DNA of 64,000 nucleotides from Octopus bimaculoides (GCF_001194135.2 NC_069001.1:33267652-33331651), one strand, 5' to 3'. Shown: positions 24,852 to 37,299, counted from the first letter of the stretch. Made by a program: numbers and translations. Notes: generated by a model not told the origin, from the sequence alone.

Positions 24852-25957
24852 AATATACTCAATGCTATGAGCATAACTAATGGAAAAATACTAATGCCAC
24901 AGGGGGTAAATAAGCAACATAGATTCTGAATTGCTACGTTGTTCGTTGCAACAAGAATGGGAGACAACTTCATGTATGTTTCAGCTTTATTAGATCTCTT
25001 CTGTGAAGCCTTGACTTTACTATACTTGCCAAAGTAATGATGAAAGAATCTCTGAATAAATGTGCAATATTGTACATGATTAAACTAACCCCAATGTATG
25101 ACTGGTACTCATGTTATTAGCACCCTCCCTACCTGGAAAGCTGAAAGGTGCTGTTAACTTTTGTGGGATACATTTTTTTCCTTTTGTTTCTCTCTGTAAG
25201 CAGGTTTAACCAGGTACATTAAAGCATTTTGTCTGACACTTTATTGATTCTGTCTTCTGCCATACTTTGATTTAGTAAATATCAAGAAATACACAGGCTT
25301 GCAGTGTGTGCGCATGTGTGTGCGTCTTTTGTATGTATGTGTGTTGGCAATAAAAGATTGTAAGAATGATAGGATTATAGAATTGGGTGCTGCAGGGAGA
25401 AGAAGGAGAAGAAATAGAGAGAGTTTCACAGGAAATTAAGGGAAGCTATATTTGGCCATGCACCAACTGTGTACTGGTTGTTCAACAAAACAATTATGCA
25501 TGCATCATACATATGCATATACATATACATACATACATACATACATACACACACACACATATATATATGTACACATATATATACATATATATATATTTAC
25601 ATATATATACATACGTATGTACATACATATATACAAACATATATACACACATGTATATGTATATGTAAGTGTGTGTGTGTGTGTGTGTATGCACGTGAGT
25701 TAATGTATGTATTTGTCTGGTGGCAATGGCCAAGCTGGTGCCATGCCAAACTGGATATTCATTCATATAATACATATAATTTTGATGTTTCCCTGTACAC
25801 CTTATTCAAATTATTCCTAAGTCGTCTTTGTCTTTTGTTCCTTTGTCTGCAATAATCAAATCAGAACCAGTAATATACTGGGGGAATCAATCCAATCATT
25901 AAACAGCCCATTCCTTACAAAGGACAAAACCAAAAAAGAAAAAGATTCCTGAAAGAA

Positions 25958-26185
25958 TGAACCCTTTAGTGTTTAAAACAGCCGTATCTGGCCCAGATAT
26001 TTTACCTGTTTTATGTACAAACTGGCAAGAACCTGTCTCTCACACCTATCCCACAATGTCATTCTAAAAACAGACAGTCACATCATTGAAATCTCAAAGC
26101 TACAAGATAACACATAATTAATTCAAAACCATGGGAATAAATAAACATTACATTTGAGAGAGTAATCTGAATGCTAACGAGTTAA
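25958..26185. mobile_element. piggyBac-like MITE, family P1
   Basis: tgaa-ccctttagtg ... aatgctaacgag-ttaa. Interior matches 6471-6695. Confidence 0.85.
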
Positions 26186-26264
26186 AGAATTACATTTTGG
26201 TAGAATTATGATATTAGTTGTTGAAATACAACAGACGGAGTGGTGGTGGTGGTGTGGGGGGAGG

Positions 26265-26400
26265 CATGGAGGTGTGGTTAAGAAGCTCACTATGCAACCA
26301 TGTGATTTTGGGTTCAGTCCTACTGTTCAGCACCTTGGACAACTATAGCCTTGGGCCAACCAATACCTTGTGATTGCATTTGGTTGATTGGAAGTCCATT
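26265..26400 (+). mobile_element. Family-B SINE head
   Basis: ggcatggaggtgtggttaagaagctcac ... ggttcagtcc ... caccttggacaa. Confidence 0.75.
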
Positions 26401-26407
26401 CTATATG

Positions 26408-26492
<85 letters not shown>

Positions 26493-26493
26493 T

Positions 26494-26845
26494 GAAGGCG
26501 CATGGCTCAGTGGTTGCAATTGTGAGGTTGTGAGTTGTGAGTTCGATTCCCGGACCGGGCTGTGTGTTGAGTTCTTGAGCAAGACACTTTATTTCATGTT
26601 GCTCCAGTTCACTGAGCTGTAGAAATGAGTTGCAGCATCTCTGGTGCCAAGCTGTATCAGCCTTTGCTTTTCCCATGGATAACATTGGTGGTGTGGAGAA
26701 AAGAGGCTGGTATGCATAGGTGACTGCCGGTCTGCCATAAAAACAACCCTAGGTTGTGTGTTCACCAGTGAGGCAGCTTTCTGCCCAGACTTGTACCCCA
26801 GAGGGGAACCTCTTAGGTGCACCCATGGTCATCCATGACTGATGG
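26494..26845 (+). mobile_element. Family-C SINE, near full length
   Basis: A box tggctcagtgg, B box gagttcgattccc, CORE-like ttcttgagcaagacactttatttca. Whole body matches the reverse complement of 57922-58260. Confidence 0.92.
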
Positions 26846-26852
26846 AGTTGAG

Positions 26853-26930
<78 letters not shown>

Positions 26931-27165
26931 AAGTTTACGTAATATTACGTCTGATGATGTAATATAACAGGTACTTACAATTAGGGCTCAGGATAACTTG
27001 CTGCCTAAAACTTCAGAGCTAAGTGAAACAAAATGCTCCTGATGTAATTGTGTCATTTCCAAAATGAGATTGAATCCACTTATCCGAAATATATAGAGAT
27101 AGTGTATAAACAATACACTGGCTTTATAAATACATACACATATCCATATATATATGTGTGTCTGA

Positions 27166-27196
<31 letters not shown>

Positions 27197-28441
27197 CACA
27201 TGCGTGTGTGTGTGTAATATACATATATTCATTTTTTGAGTTCTGCTTTTGTTTGCACCAGCATACATATATATATACACACATATATACACATCCTCTC
27301 TTCTTTCAAATTTTCCTCTATATCTTACACTAGTATTCAATCAAAGCTCTCAACTAAAGCCCTACCTTCTTCTCCCTCCAGCAATGGAATAAATCACAAC
27401 TGTAATGTTGGATGGAGATTGGTTTCAAAGAAATGCATCATCTGTGCATCTATTCATGAAACATTAGTATTAACGAAAATTCTTGACAAGAATGGTAAGG
27501 GATGCAACTCCCTAATATAAATTTAAAGTTAATAAAAGGCATACAAAGGCAGTTTGATGTTTGGTAAGTAAAGTGACAATTCTTGGCATGATTCAGTCTT
27601 ATCAGACCTCCTCAGTGATACATATCTTTACTAAACTTGCTACACTCTAGAATAACTGAGAGAATATACAGATTTAAATTGGAAAAATATCTGTTGATTT
27701 AGAAATTTAAAATAGTGCCATTGAAAAATTTCCTGGTGATGTCTTCTGCATGAAAAACATGTAGCCAAGTGTGAGCTAACTTACCTAATGCCTTAATTTT
27801 AGTTTTACTTTTTAGGTCTGTTACCAAGAGCAGCTCATGACATTAATTAGAATTAGTTCACATTTCAAAAACATGATTAAAAACAGATTGCAATTATACT
27901 AAAGTATTATCTCTGAAACTTAGTTATGTCCAAAGGGGAAGTAGCAATAAATATTTAATGACAATCAAATACAATGGTCGTTATATATTGGGCTCTTTCC
28001 CATTGGTCAACAGCCAAACCATGCCACTAATTAGCAGCTTTTGCCTGAAATTCTTCTTTTTTCATTTCAGGAGAGCCATTATGCAAATAATAAACACAAA
28101 CAGGGATTCTAATTCACTTCTTTATTATTTATTTGTTAATTGAACTATTTAACCAATTAACTGATCAACTGTTTGATTAATCATTCAATCAATCGACCAA
28201 TCAGATTCATCAAAGTCCTTTCATCATTATTCATGACTTCATCAATATTATCCCTTCTCTACAACGGGTCTACTTCAAGTCTGTACAAATAAATCATATT
28301 TTTCTGACTGCTTAGTTTTAGATGCACATTATGCATACCTGTTGCAGACCTTTCTTTCCATTTCTCTATAGAATGCATTATTCTGTTCTATATTGCTTCA
28401 GTTGATCTAATTACCACAGCTTTTACTGGTTTCTGTGGCAT

Positions 28442-28664
28442 CTAACTCTTTAGTATTCAAAGCAACTGTATCAGGTCCACTTATTCTACCTGTTCTAAGT
28501 TCAAACTGGCCAGATCTGGCTTCTCACACCTACCTTACAGTGTCATTTTAAAAATAAACAATCACATCATCAAAATCTCAAAGCTAAAAGATAATACAAG
28601 ATTAACTTAAGACCACGTTAATAAATAAGCTTCTGACAGAATAATCTGAATGCTAAAGGGTTAA
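28442..28664. mobile_element. piggyBac-like MITE, family P1
   Basis: ctaa-ctctttagtatt ... aatgctaaaggg-ttaa. Confidence 0.85.
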
Positions 28665-28925
28665 GTGACTAAAAGCAAAAGACTACTCCCCAATCTCAAC
28701 CCTGAAAGGCATGCCAGTCCCTTGAAGGGTCAATTCCCAGTTGTTACTAGTGCTTACTTTCAATTGAGTGGACTAAAGCAACATTAAATGAAGTGTTTTA
28801 CTCAAAAACACAACACACTTCTAGTCTGGGAATTGAAACCACAACCTGATGGTCATGACTAAGTTATGTGCCTTTACATACATAATGTAGTGAGTATTAA
28901 AAAAAATGATATTCATTGAGTTAGT

Positions 28926-29300
28926 CAGGTGTGGATGTGTGGTTAAGAAGTTTGTCAGCTCCTGGTTCAATCCTTTTGCACAGTATCTTGGGCAAGTGTC
29001 TTCTACTACAGCCCTGTACTGATCAAAGCCTTGTGAGTTTTTGGTAGATGGAAAGTGAAAGAAGCCCATCGTGTGTGTGTGTGTGTCTCCTTGTCTTGAC
29101 AGCTGTAAATGAGCATCACTGTCATTCAAGTGATGTTCATTTTTATTCTTCCATGACAAAACATGTCTGGCCAAGAGGAAATATTGCCTTGCTTGGAAAC
29201 AGGTGCAGGGTGACAATAGAATGTGCATCTGGCTACAGAAAAATCTGCTTCAGCAAATTGTGTCTGACCCATGCATGCGTGAGAAAATGGTCATTAAAAC
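28926..29300 (+). mobile_element. Family-B2 SINE (B head, alternative RTE-like tail)
   Basis: B head and (GT)n, followed by ggaaacaggtgcagggtgacaatagaatgtgcatctggctacagaaaaatctgc ... acccatgcatgcgtgagaaaatgg. Confidence 0.75.
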
Positions 29301-29381
29301 AAAAATGAAAACAGAAACAACAGCCAGGTAGGGTTAACTTTTGTTATGAATGAAGCAAGGTGTGGAGTTGACCGACATATT

Positions 29382-29594
29382 CTTTTCTACTCTAGGCACA
29401 AGGCTCGAAATTTTGTGGGAGAGGGCTAGTCAATTAGATCAACCCCAGTACACAAACTGGTACTTAATTTATCAACCCTGAAAGGATGAAAGGCAAAGTT
29501 GACCTCGGCAGAATTTGAACTCAGAATGTAAAGAGTTGAAATGTTGCTAAGCATTTCGCCTGGTGTGCTAATGTTCCTGCCAACTCACCACCTT
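29382..29594 (-). mobile_element. Family-A SINE with TSD
   Basis: Full-length copy. Flanks agttgaccgacatatt (29366-81) and agttgaccaatatatt (29595-610) match at 14/16. Confidence 0.92.
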
Positions 29595-29619
29595 AGTTGA
29601 CCAATATATTAATAGTTCT

Positions 29620-29839
29620 TAAAGCAGCAAGCTGGCAGTATCGTTAGCACACTGAGCAAAATGCTTAGCAACATTTCAACTGTCTTTACGTTCTGAGTTC
29701 AAATTCTACCGAGGTTGACTTTACCTCTCATCCTTTCAGGGTCGGTAAAATAACTACCAATTGTAGACTGGGATCAATGAAACCAACTTGCTCCCACCCC
29801 ACCCCCAAACTTACTGGCCTTGTGCCAAAGTTTGAAACT
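29620..29839 (+). mobile_element. Family-A SINE with 17-bp TSD
   Basis: Full-length copy. aatatattaatagttct at 29603-19 and 29840-56. Confidence 0.92.
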
Positions 29840-30214
29840 AATATATTAATAGTTCTAAAGACAAACCTTCTCAGCGTTCACTGAAACATTGCTGTCCCTC
29901 TTTCTCCCTCTTCTTCTCTCCCACCTCTTTCTGTCTCTGGCCGAAAGGGGAATGGTACACTAGGATCAATGGAATCTTCTCTAACCTTTAGGTCTTTAAC
30001 CTCACTCTTATAATTATATCAGGAGCCAAAGTAAGACTTATTGAAGCTGACCTTGTAGCTAATGAAAGAAAATATATGTCACAGATACTAGTAAAGAAAA
30101 CTAAAACAGGCACTGAGGTGATGGTGGTGGTGGTTGCTTGAGAGAGAGGTCATTAAGGTGCTGCTGGTAGTATTTTTTTTTTTTTTGTAGTGCTAGTCAC
30201 ACTCATGGTGGGTT

Positions 30215-30520
30215 GGCAGTGGTGATTATTGTAGTGATAGCTATTCAAGCAATAGTAGTAGTAGTAGTAGTAGTGATGGTAATCGTGATGATAGTGGTGG
30301 TGGTGGTGGTGGTGGTGGTGGCAGTGGAGGTGCTAGTGTTTGTGGTAATTTCTATAATGATAGTGGTTACAGTGATGACAGTGGTGGTGGTGGTGCTGCT
30401 GCTGCTGGTGGCAGTGCTGGTGCTGGTAATGATAGTGGTGGTGGTGTTGATGGTGGTGGCGGCTGTGTTTGTGATAGTAATATTTGTGGTGATTTGTTTG
30501 GTGGTGTTGGTGGTTGTAGA
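30215..30520. repeat. Cryptic (GGT/AGT/GCT)n trinucleotide tract
   Basis: Direct reading. Source of the Val-rich and Thr-rich pseudo-ORFs. Confidence 0.9.
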
Positions 30521-30633
30521 GTCCCAGTTTAGGACCAATTAGACTTGATGTACCACAGTCACTCACATATGTGAATATGATACTGAATTACCTTCCTCTA
30601 GGTTGAGAGTTCAAACCAGCCACAGGCAATTCA

Positions 30634-30818
30634 TTAAGCCCTTACCATTATTTATTCACAGTGCTTTCAATTAATCACTCATTATCTGTTAGCTTCAAGA
30701 TTTCACTGGTGTGTTTGTACATTTTTAGAATGTGAGAGATTGGAATCTGGTCAGTTTTAACATAAAACCAGTAGAATATTTGGGCCGGATATAGCCGGAT
30801 TATATGCTAAAGGGTTAA
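30634..30818. mobile_element. piggyBac-like MITE, family P1 (internally deleted, reverse orientation)
   Basis: Ends tatgctaaaggg-ttaa. Interior matches 41606-41832. Confidence 0.75.
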
Positions 30819-31194
30819 ACTTTGTGGTTAGAATACTTTATTCTAGTCTGGATTATCCGAAAATGTTAGCTGCTATAGGATAGATGTCTTAAAGGAAAAC
30901 TGTATCACTCATTCACTTAATACTATGAAACCAGAAGGAAAAAAACTGATCTTTAAATGACTTTTGNNNNNNNNNNTGAAACCAGAAGGAAAAAAACTGA
31001 TCTTTAAATGACTTTTGTTTATGATTATAATTTCATATCATCATCATCATCATCATCATCACCAACACCATTAGTATCATTCATAATCATCATCATTGTC
31101 GTCATCCTCATCATCAGCCGCAGAAGAGGCGGCACCACCATCACCACCACCACTACTACCACCATCATTTTACATCTGCTGTCCATGCCAGTAT

Positions 31195-31392
31195 GAAGGT
31201 GCGTGGCTTAGTGGTTAGGGTACTCAATTCACAATTGTAAGGTCATGAGTTTGATTCTCGGCAATGTGTTGTGTCCTTGAGCAAGACACTTTGTTTCACA
31301 TTGTTCCAGTCCACTCAGCTGGCAAAAATGAGTAGTATCCATATTTCAAAGGGGCCAGCCTTGTCATACTCTGTGTCATGCTGAATCTCCCT
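31195..31392 (+). mobile_element. Family-C SINE, truncated
   Basis: gaaggtgcgtggcttagtggttaggg ... gtccttgagcaagacac ... atttcaaaggggccagcc. Confidence 0.88.
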
Positions 31393-31409
31393 GCTTTGTT
31401 CATTTAGAG

Positions 31410-31759
31410 CAGTGATTCTAAATCGAGGTCCATATGGTCCCTGAGGGTCCATTTAAGATTTTTTGGGGGTCTATGCAACAAAATAGTAAATTGGGGATCT
31501 ATGATAATGTTTTAGCAGTCCCTGAAAAGATTTTGCTTTCGATGTATGTATTGGCATGTATTGCAAGAAACAGCTAGGTTTCTTTTTCTAATGTTTTACA
31601 TATATCAGCTAATACATGTTAATGTGGAGGGAAAAAAAAAGGAATTTTGAAAGAAGTTTCTATAAAACTAATTTTTAAATACTGAATAGCTATGGGAGTC
31701 CACCAGAATAAAATAGTAATAAAAGGGGTCCACAGATAAAGAATAGCTTAGAATGCCTG
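31410..31759. mobile_element. hAT MITE related to family H1
   Basis: Perfect 8-bp TSD atttagag (31402-09 and 31760-67). TIR cagtgattctaa vs caggcattctaa (10/12). Confidence 0.9.
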
Positions 31760-32779
31760 ATTTAGAGTAATGTGACAAATCAGGTAGTTAAAAGAGAGAG
31801 GAATTGCAGAAGATATGACAAGGAGAAAAACACTGGAGAATGATGGTGTGGAAAAGGTGGGGAAGAGAGGAGACAGTGCTAGAGAAGAAATAAGAAGTAG
31901 CTAAGAGAGGGTGTGTAATGAGAGAGTTGGTAATAGTAGGGGTAGTGGGAGAGAGACATTAATGGTAGGTACATGATTGTAACCAAGAGAAACAGACTGA
32001 CAGACTTGCTTTGTATCCTTTTAGCTTTTGGAACATCCTATAGCTTGTAGAATCAAGCAGTTGAAAGAGAGGATAATTGCAGAAGATGAATTAGGATGAA
32101 GGAGAGATAGAAGAGAGTTATGTTGAGAGGTAATAGAGCAGTTGTGGTGATAAGTGTAGAAGAGGGGAGAAATTGGTGAGACAGTGCTGGAGGTGCTGGA
32201 GGAGAAATAAGAAAGAGTTAAGACTGGGTGTAATGAAATTTGGTAATGGTAGCAGTAATGCGAAAGAGACACTGATGGGAGCTATATGTTTGCAAGTAAG
32301 AGAGAGGGGGGGGGCAGTTGTAGAAATGTTTGGGGTTAAGAGAACATGGTGGGCATCAGTAATAGGAGTTTTGGGGAGAGAGGTGTCACAACTACCAGTA
32401 TAGAAATGGGGGGGGGTTATTGTATTGATTTTGAATTTTTATGCTGCATTTTGTAAACAATGTCATCGTTGGTAACAGGTTTCCAATGACAACTTCTGAG
32501 TAACACCAGGACAGAGTACATGTGACATATCAAAAGCAAACTTCATCTCAACCTCAAATGAACTATTTCTCCATTACAAGTGCACTCATCCACAAGCCAC
32601 TCATCCTCAGAATTAAGTTTGCTTGTTCCACCTCTGAAATCACAAAGCCAAACTGACTTCTTGACATCAAAGAGTCTGGAACACCACTTGAGTGCTACAT
32701 TCACCCTGTTTATCTAAGAGTAACTCTGAGCCACACTCACTCCTTTCATCCTTGCATTGGTGTCTTTCTGTCAGCTTGC

Positions 32780-32971
32780 ATTGCTTTTGTTTCAACTGAT
32801 TTTTAAAATAATCAAGAATTTAGTAAAATAATTTCGTCATTATAAAGCTGTGTTTAGAATATAAATTAACACGGAATTTTTATGGAAAATTTTAATTCAG
32901 ATCAATTTAAAATAGAATTTGTATCATAGGAACAAGAGCAGTTTCTGGTGGTCTGGTATCAAAATGGTTAA
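32780..32971. mobile_element. piggyBac-like MITE, family P2 (partial)
   Basis: Ends ggtatcaaaatgg-ttaa. Interior is the reverse complement of 42063-42290. Confidence 0.6.
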
Positions 32972-32986
32972 GGAACATGATAGCAA

Positions 32987-33569
32987 AGACACATGGCTAA
33001 GTGGTTAGGGTGTACAGCTCACAGCCAGTTCAATTCCTGGCAGTGGTTTATGTCTTTGAGCAAGATATTTTACTTCACGTTGCTCCAGTCTACTCATCTG
33101 GCAACAATGAACAACATTTGTATTTCAAAGGAATGGGCCTGAGAACAAGGGGTACAGGAGGTGCAAGTACACCTCTTAAAATATTTTAGTGGGGTGCAAA
33201 ATCAAAATTTGCACCCCTACTGACTTTTCTCAGGTTTAGAAAACTGCATAAAAAGAAAAGTGATCTGTAAAAAGTAGCTTGAAGTTAAGTTTCTTCTCAA
33301 AGAACAAGGAACAAAAATAAATAAAAATAAAACCTTGTTTGCAAAAAATTTTGGACCTGGATTTGCACTCCTAAACAAATTTTGTTCTTGAGCCAGTGTT
33401 CAAAGGGTCAGCTTTGTTACATTCTGTGTCACACTGAATCTCCCTGAGAACTACTTTAAAGGTACACATGTTTGTGGAACACTCAGCCACTTGCATGTTA
33501 ATTTCATGAGCAGGCTATTCCACTGATCAGACCAACTGGAAGCCCCGTTGTTATAAATGATGGAGTGCT
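32987..33569 (+). mobile_element. Family-C SINE interrupted by a MITE
   Basis: Head and CORE-like part at 32987-33131. Tail resumes at 33399 with ttcaaagggtcagctttg. Confidence 0.85.
33132..33398. mobile_element. hAT-type MITE (family H2)
   Basis: 8-bp TSD ttcaaagg (33124-31 and 33399-406). Imperfect TIR aatgggcctgagaaca / tgttcttgagccagtg. Subterminal gtgca/tgcac repeats. Confidence 0.85.
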
Positions 33570-34494
33570 AGTTCAAAGAAACATGATTAAACTACAGAAT
33601 CTTACATACATGGATGAGAAACATTGTATGTATTTCATTTTTATAACACATTCCAGTAGAAAGAGGCATTGTCCGAAAGGGAGAAAGTGTTTTCTAAAGG
33701 TGAACTACAGCAGAGATAACATATTCACATTCAAATCTGTCAAAATGTGTTAAGAATGAATATGGATATCATCATTAGGATTCTTACTGCCTTATGTGCT
33801 TGTTGTGAGGTTGGGTGTTGTAGGTTCTTCTTTGTCAAGTCACCATTTTTATGAGGTTGAGTTGTGAGAAAGATTGATGTAATGTCTTTATTAATTGAAT
33901 GTAAGATCAAGTTGGTTGCATATATTACAGCAAAAGCAGACTTGTGAATGCTTAATGACAAATTTTATTAGGAGAAGATTATGCATCTATCAGACATTAA
34001 TTTCCAAATTCTCACTGGTGACCAGAACAGTAGGTAGGAATTGACTTAACTGCATTCAGTCGGCCATTTGTTATCTGGAAAGCGAAAGGCCAAAGACATG
34101 AGTCCACTATAACTTATTAAGGTTCTTTTCTTGGTTTGTTGGACAAGAGCCAAGATCTGTTCTGCTCGAATGCCAACAACATTCTGCTATGATTTGAGCA
34201 CCAAACTGATTAAGTATGGAAAACGGGCATGGTTCTCAAGAACATTTGTGATGCTGTTCATGTGTTAGCTTCAAACTGATTGGCCAATTTTTAAATTGTT
34301 CACATGAAACTCGCATAGCCCTATTATAGCTTACTCATGGTCATGAACTGATAATTTCACATTCGGGGTTCAAATCCCTATATGATATGATGGAAGTATT
34401 CTATTTAAATGTGAATACATGAATGCAAGAGGTTTTGTATCCTTGAAGCAGAGGTGGTTTCATGTGAACTGATGTCAAAAAGCTTCATTTAAAC

Positions 34495-34772
34495 CAAAGG
34501 TTCTCAACCATATTTTTACCTATGGACACCCTTTGATTCCTATTTTACGCCACTGGAGCCCCATTGCCATTCAATGCTTAAAAAATCTTATATTTTAATA
34601 ATTAAATATTAACAGGAACTGTATTTTAAAAACTGTTAAAATATTTTGTGTATTGTATATGTATAAGCAATTTACTGCACATAAATTTTAACAAGATCTT
34701 AAATGGACCCCCCCCCCCCGCCGGGCCATATGGACTCCCAAGGGCCATATGGATCCCTGTTGAGAACCGCTG
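34495..34772. mobile_element. hAT MITE, family H1, complete
   Basis: Perfect 8-bp TSD atttaaac (34487-94 and 34773-80). TIR caaaggttctcaac vs cagcggttctcaac (12/14). Confidence 0.92.
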
Positions 34773-35207
34773 ATTTAAACATATAACAGATGAAAAATAA
34801 AGTTAACTCTGGTAAGATTTGAACTCAAGACCTACAAGGACAGAATTAAATATTAAGTGAGACTTAGGTCATTGCTCTGCTACATTATTCAATAAATATT
34901 TATATTAATTTCTGTGTGATAATTTCAATGAATTTTGAATATTCAATTCTGGCTGTTGTGTTTGGCTGAAAGGTAATGAATAATCAATCATCAAACAATG
35001 CTTTCTGCTTTAATTAAGCCTATACACTGTGTGTGTGAATGTTGTGTTGCTTATTATATACACATATATGTGTGTGTGTGTGTGTCAAACTGTCGAAACC
35101 ATGCCAGCATAGAGAACAGATGTTTGATGATGATGATGATGATATATATATATATTGTATGTGTATATATATATATATATATAGATATATATATATATAT
35201 ATATATG

Positions 35208-35238
<31 letters not shown>

Positions 35239-35569
35239 NNNNNNNNNNNNNNNNNNNNNNNNNNNNNNNNNNNNNNNNNNNNNNNNNNNNNNNNNNNNNN
35301 NNNNNNNNNNNNNNNNNNNNNNNNNNNNNNNNNNNNNNNNNNNNNNNNNNNNNNNATATATATCAGGTTGAGTAAAAAGTAAGCAACGTTTTGAATGATG
35401 AAGAATTTTTACTGGATTTATGCAGAGCTTTGAACCATAAAAAGTTTTGAATTTGTTTTAAACATTCTTTTGCAATTATCTGATAATACAGACATAGACT
35501 TGTTATATATATGATGAGTTTCTTTCACCACACAGCCACTCCTGCGATATGTATGTTTGTGGGTGTGTA

Positions 35570-35790
35570 TATGTGTTCGTGCCCTACCACTGCTTGACGA
35601 CCAGTGTTGGTATGCCCATAACTTAGCAGTTTGGCAAAAGAGATTGATAGAATAAGTACTAGGCTTTCCAATAAAAAAAAAAAAATTAATAAGGACAGGA
35701 GTCAATTTGTTTGACCAAGATTCTTCAAGGCAATGCCCTAGCATGGCCACAGCCTAATGACTGAAACACGTTAAAGCTAAAAGATAAAAG
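35570..35790 (+). mobile_element. Family-B SINE 3' half
   Basis: accactgcttgacgaccagtgttgg ... gcatggccacagcctaatgactgaaacac. Confidence 0.85.
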
Positions 35791-37299
35791 ATTGAGGATG
35801 CCTTGTAGACATCAAGCCTAATCATTGACTAATACTTAATTTTATCAACCCCCAAGAGGATAAGAAGTAAAGTTGCCTTCTGTGGGATTTGAACTCAGAA
35901 CATTAATAGTGAAGAGTAAACAATTTTACCGATTTTCTGCTTCATTTAAAACCAGTGCTTTTGTTTTTAGTGCTTTTGTCTGTTCAATTAAACTCTCCAG
36001 ATTGAACTCGATTGAACAGACGAAAGCACTAATAAAGAAATATCCAAAATTCTGACTGTCTCCTTTTTAATGTGTGTGTGTGTGTGTGTGTGTGCATCTT
36101 TCACTGATTTATATTAGTGCGAAACATAAACATTGATGAGAAAACTGAATAAAAAAGGTATATCATAAAAAGCTTTCCAGCTTCTAACATCTCTTAGATT
36201 GTCTCTTATCACTCCCACACTACCCCCAACCCTTTCACCAGAAACACAGCAGACTAATGATTGTCTCAGAAAACTGTTATCAAATAATGTTATTGTTCAC
36301 AGATTATGATACGAAATAAATACAGAATAAATATTATGTTTGTGCTGACCGATAGGATCATTATATTATCATTTATTAACATTGTTGTTAATATGTTAAT
36401 TTAAACATTAGCATGGATGATGTCGGACAGGATGATATTAAATGGACAATGATCCTCAAGCTATTTTCTCAGCCTATTTGAGTGTGCATCACTTTCCATA
36501 CAAGTGAATATAACATATTTAACACATCACGCTCTCCTAATTACTCTCTGGAGTCCACAGATCTTTTCTTGTTAATGCATTTTACCATCTAACATTACAA
36601 TCATGAAACATGCTTTATGCAGTCCTATTTTTTTTTTTTCAGCTGGAAAATGAGAGTGAGAAAGAGAAAGACAGATAGAAACAGGGAGAGACAGGCAGAG
36701 AGACAGAGAAACAAAACCCCTCTATTTTAGACATACTTGAAGTAACATTCTTTGAACTACAATTAACCCTTTCAGATTATTGCTGCAATTTTACTATTAC
36801 TATAATAAACTTGTTGCATCATTAATTAGGTCTCCTAGACAAGGAAAAAATAGCCATCAACTACATTTAGTGAACAATTCACAAATCTCATTTGATGTAT
36901 GGTGACTTTACTGCTAATTCTTTTCCATCTACTTTAAAGTTATGGTCCTCTCCCAGACTTTCAAAGGTTTCTCTGCATCACTTACAAACCCATTATTTAC
37001 ACATCCTTTTCTTCTTTTCTATATATACGTAGGGGCAAAATTACATTCTCAAATGGCTGTAGTTTTATGGTTTCACTTACAATCTAATAATTTGGTTTTT
37101 GAATGATATTCTTTTCACCACAAGCTTCAGAATGCCCTAAAAATAGATGGTGACAGGAGGGACAATGAGGCAGGGCTGTAAAATCAAGGATCCAACTAGA
37201 AGCAAACAAAAAAGACAGCCAAAAGCTAAGAGCAGTGCAGAAAAGTTGATGGCCTTTGCTCGATAGGAAGCAAGTGGCTTAATGAATAAATGAACGCTA

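Noticed and set aside
26494-26565. tRNA gene (good A and B boxes); likewise other SINE heads
   Set aside because: No closing acceptor stem, and it continues into a shared SINE body found in many diverged copies.
30926-31017. Perfect 41-bp direct repeat
   Set aside because: Identical copies flank a 10-N gap, which is a contig-overlap artefact. A smaller case (aagagca) flanks the 50790-50862 gap.
31860-32260. Degenerate ~75-bp duplication in a purine-rich tract
   Set aside because: Low-complexity GA-rich DNA; the similarity is uninformative.
35362-35490. mariner/Tc1 element beginning TA-caggttgagtaaaaagtaagcaac
   Set aside because: The left end looks TIR-like, but no convincing right TIR is present and a gap abuts it.
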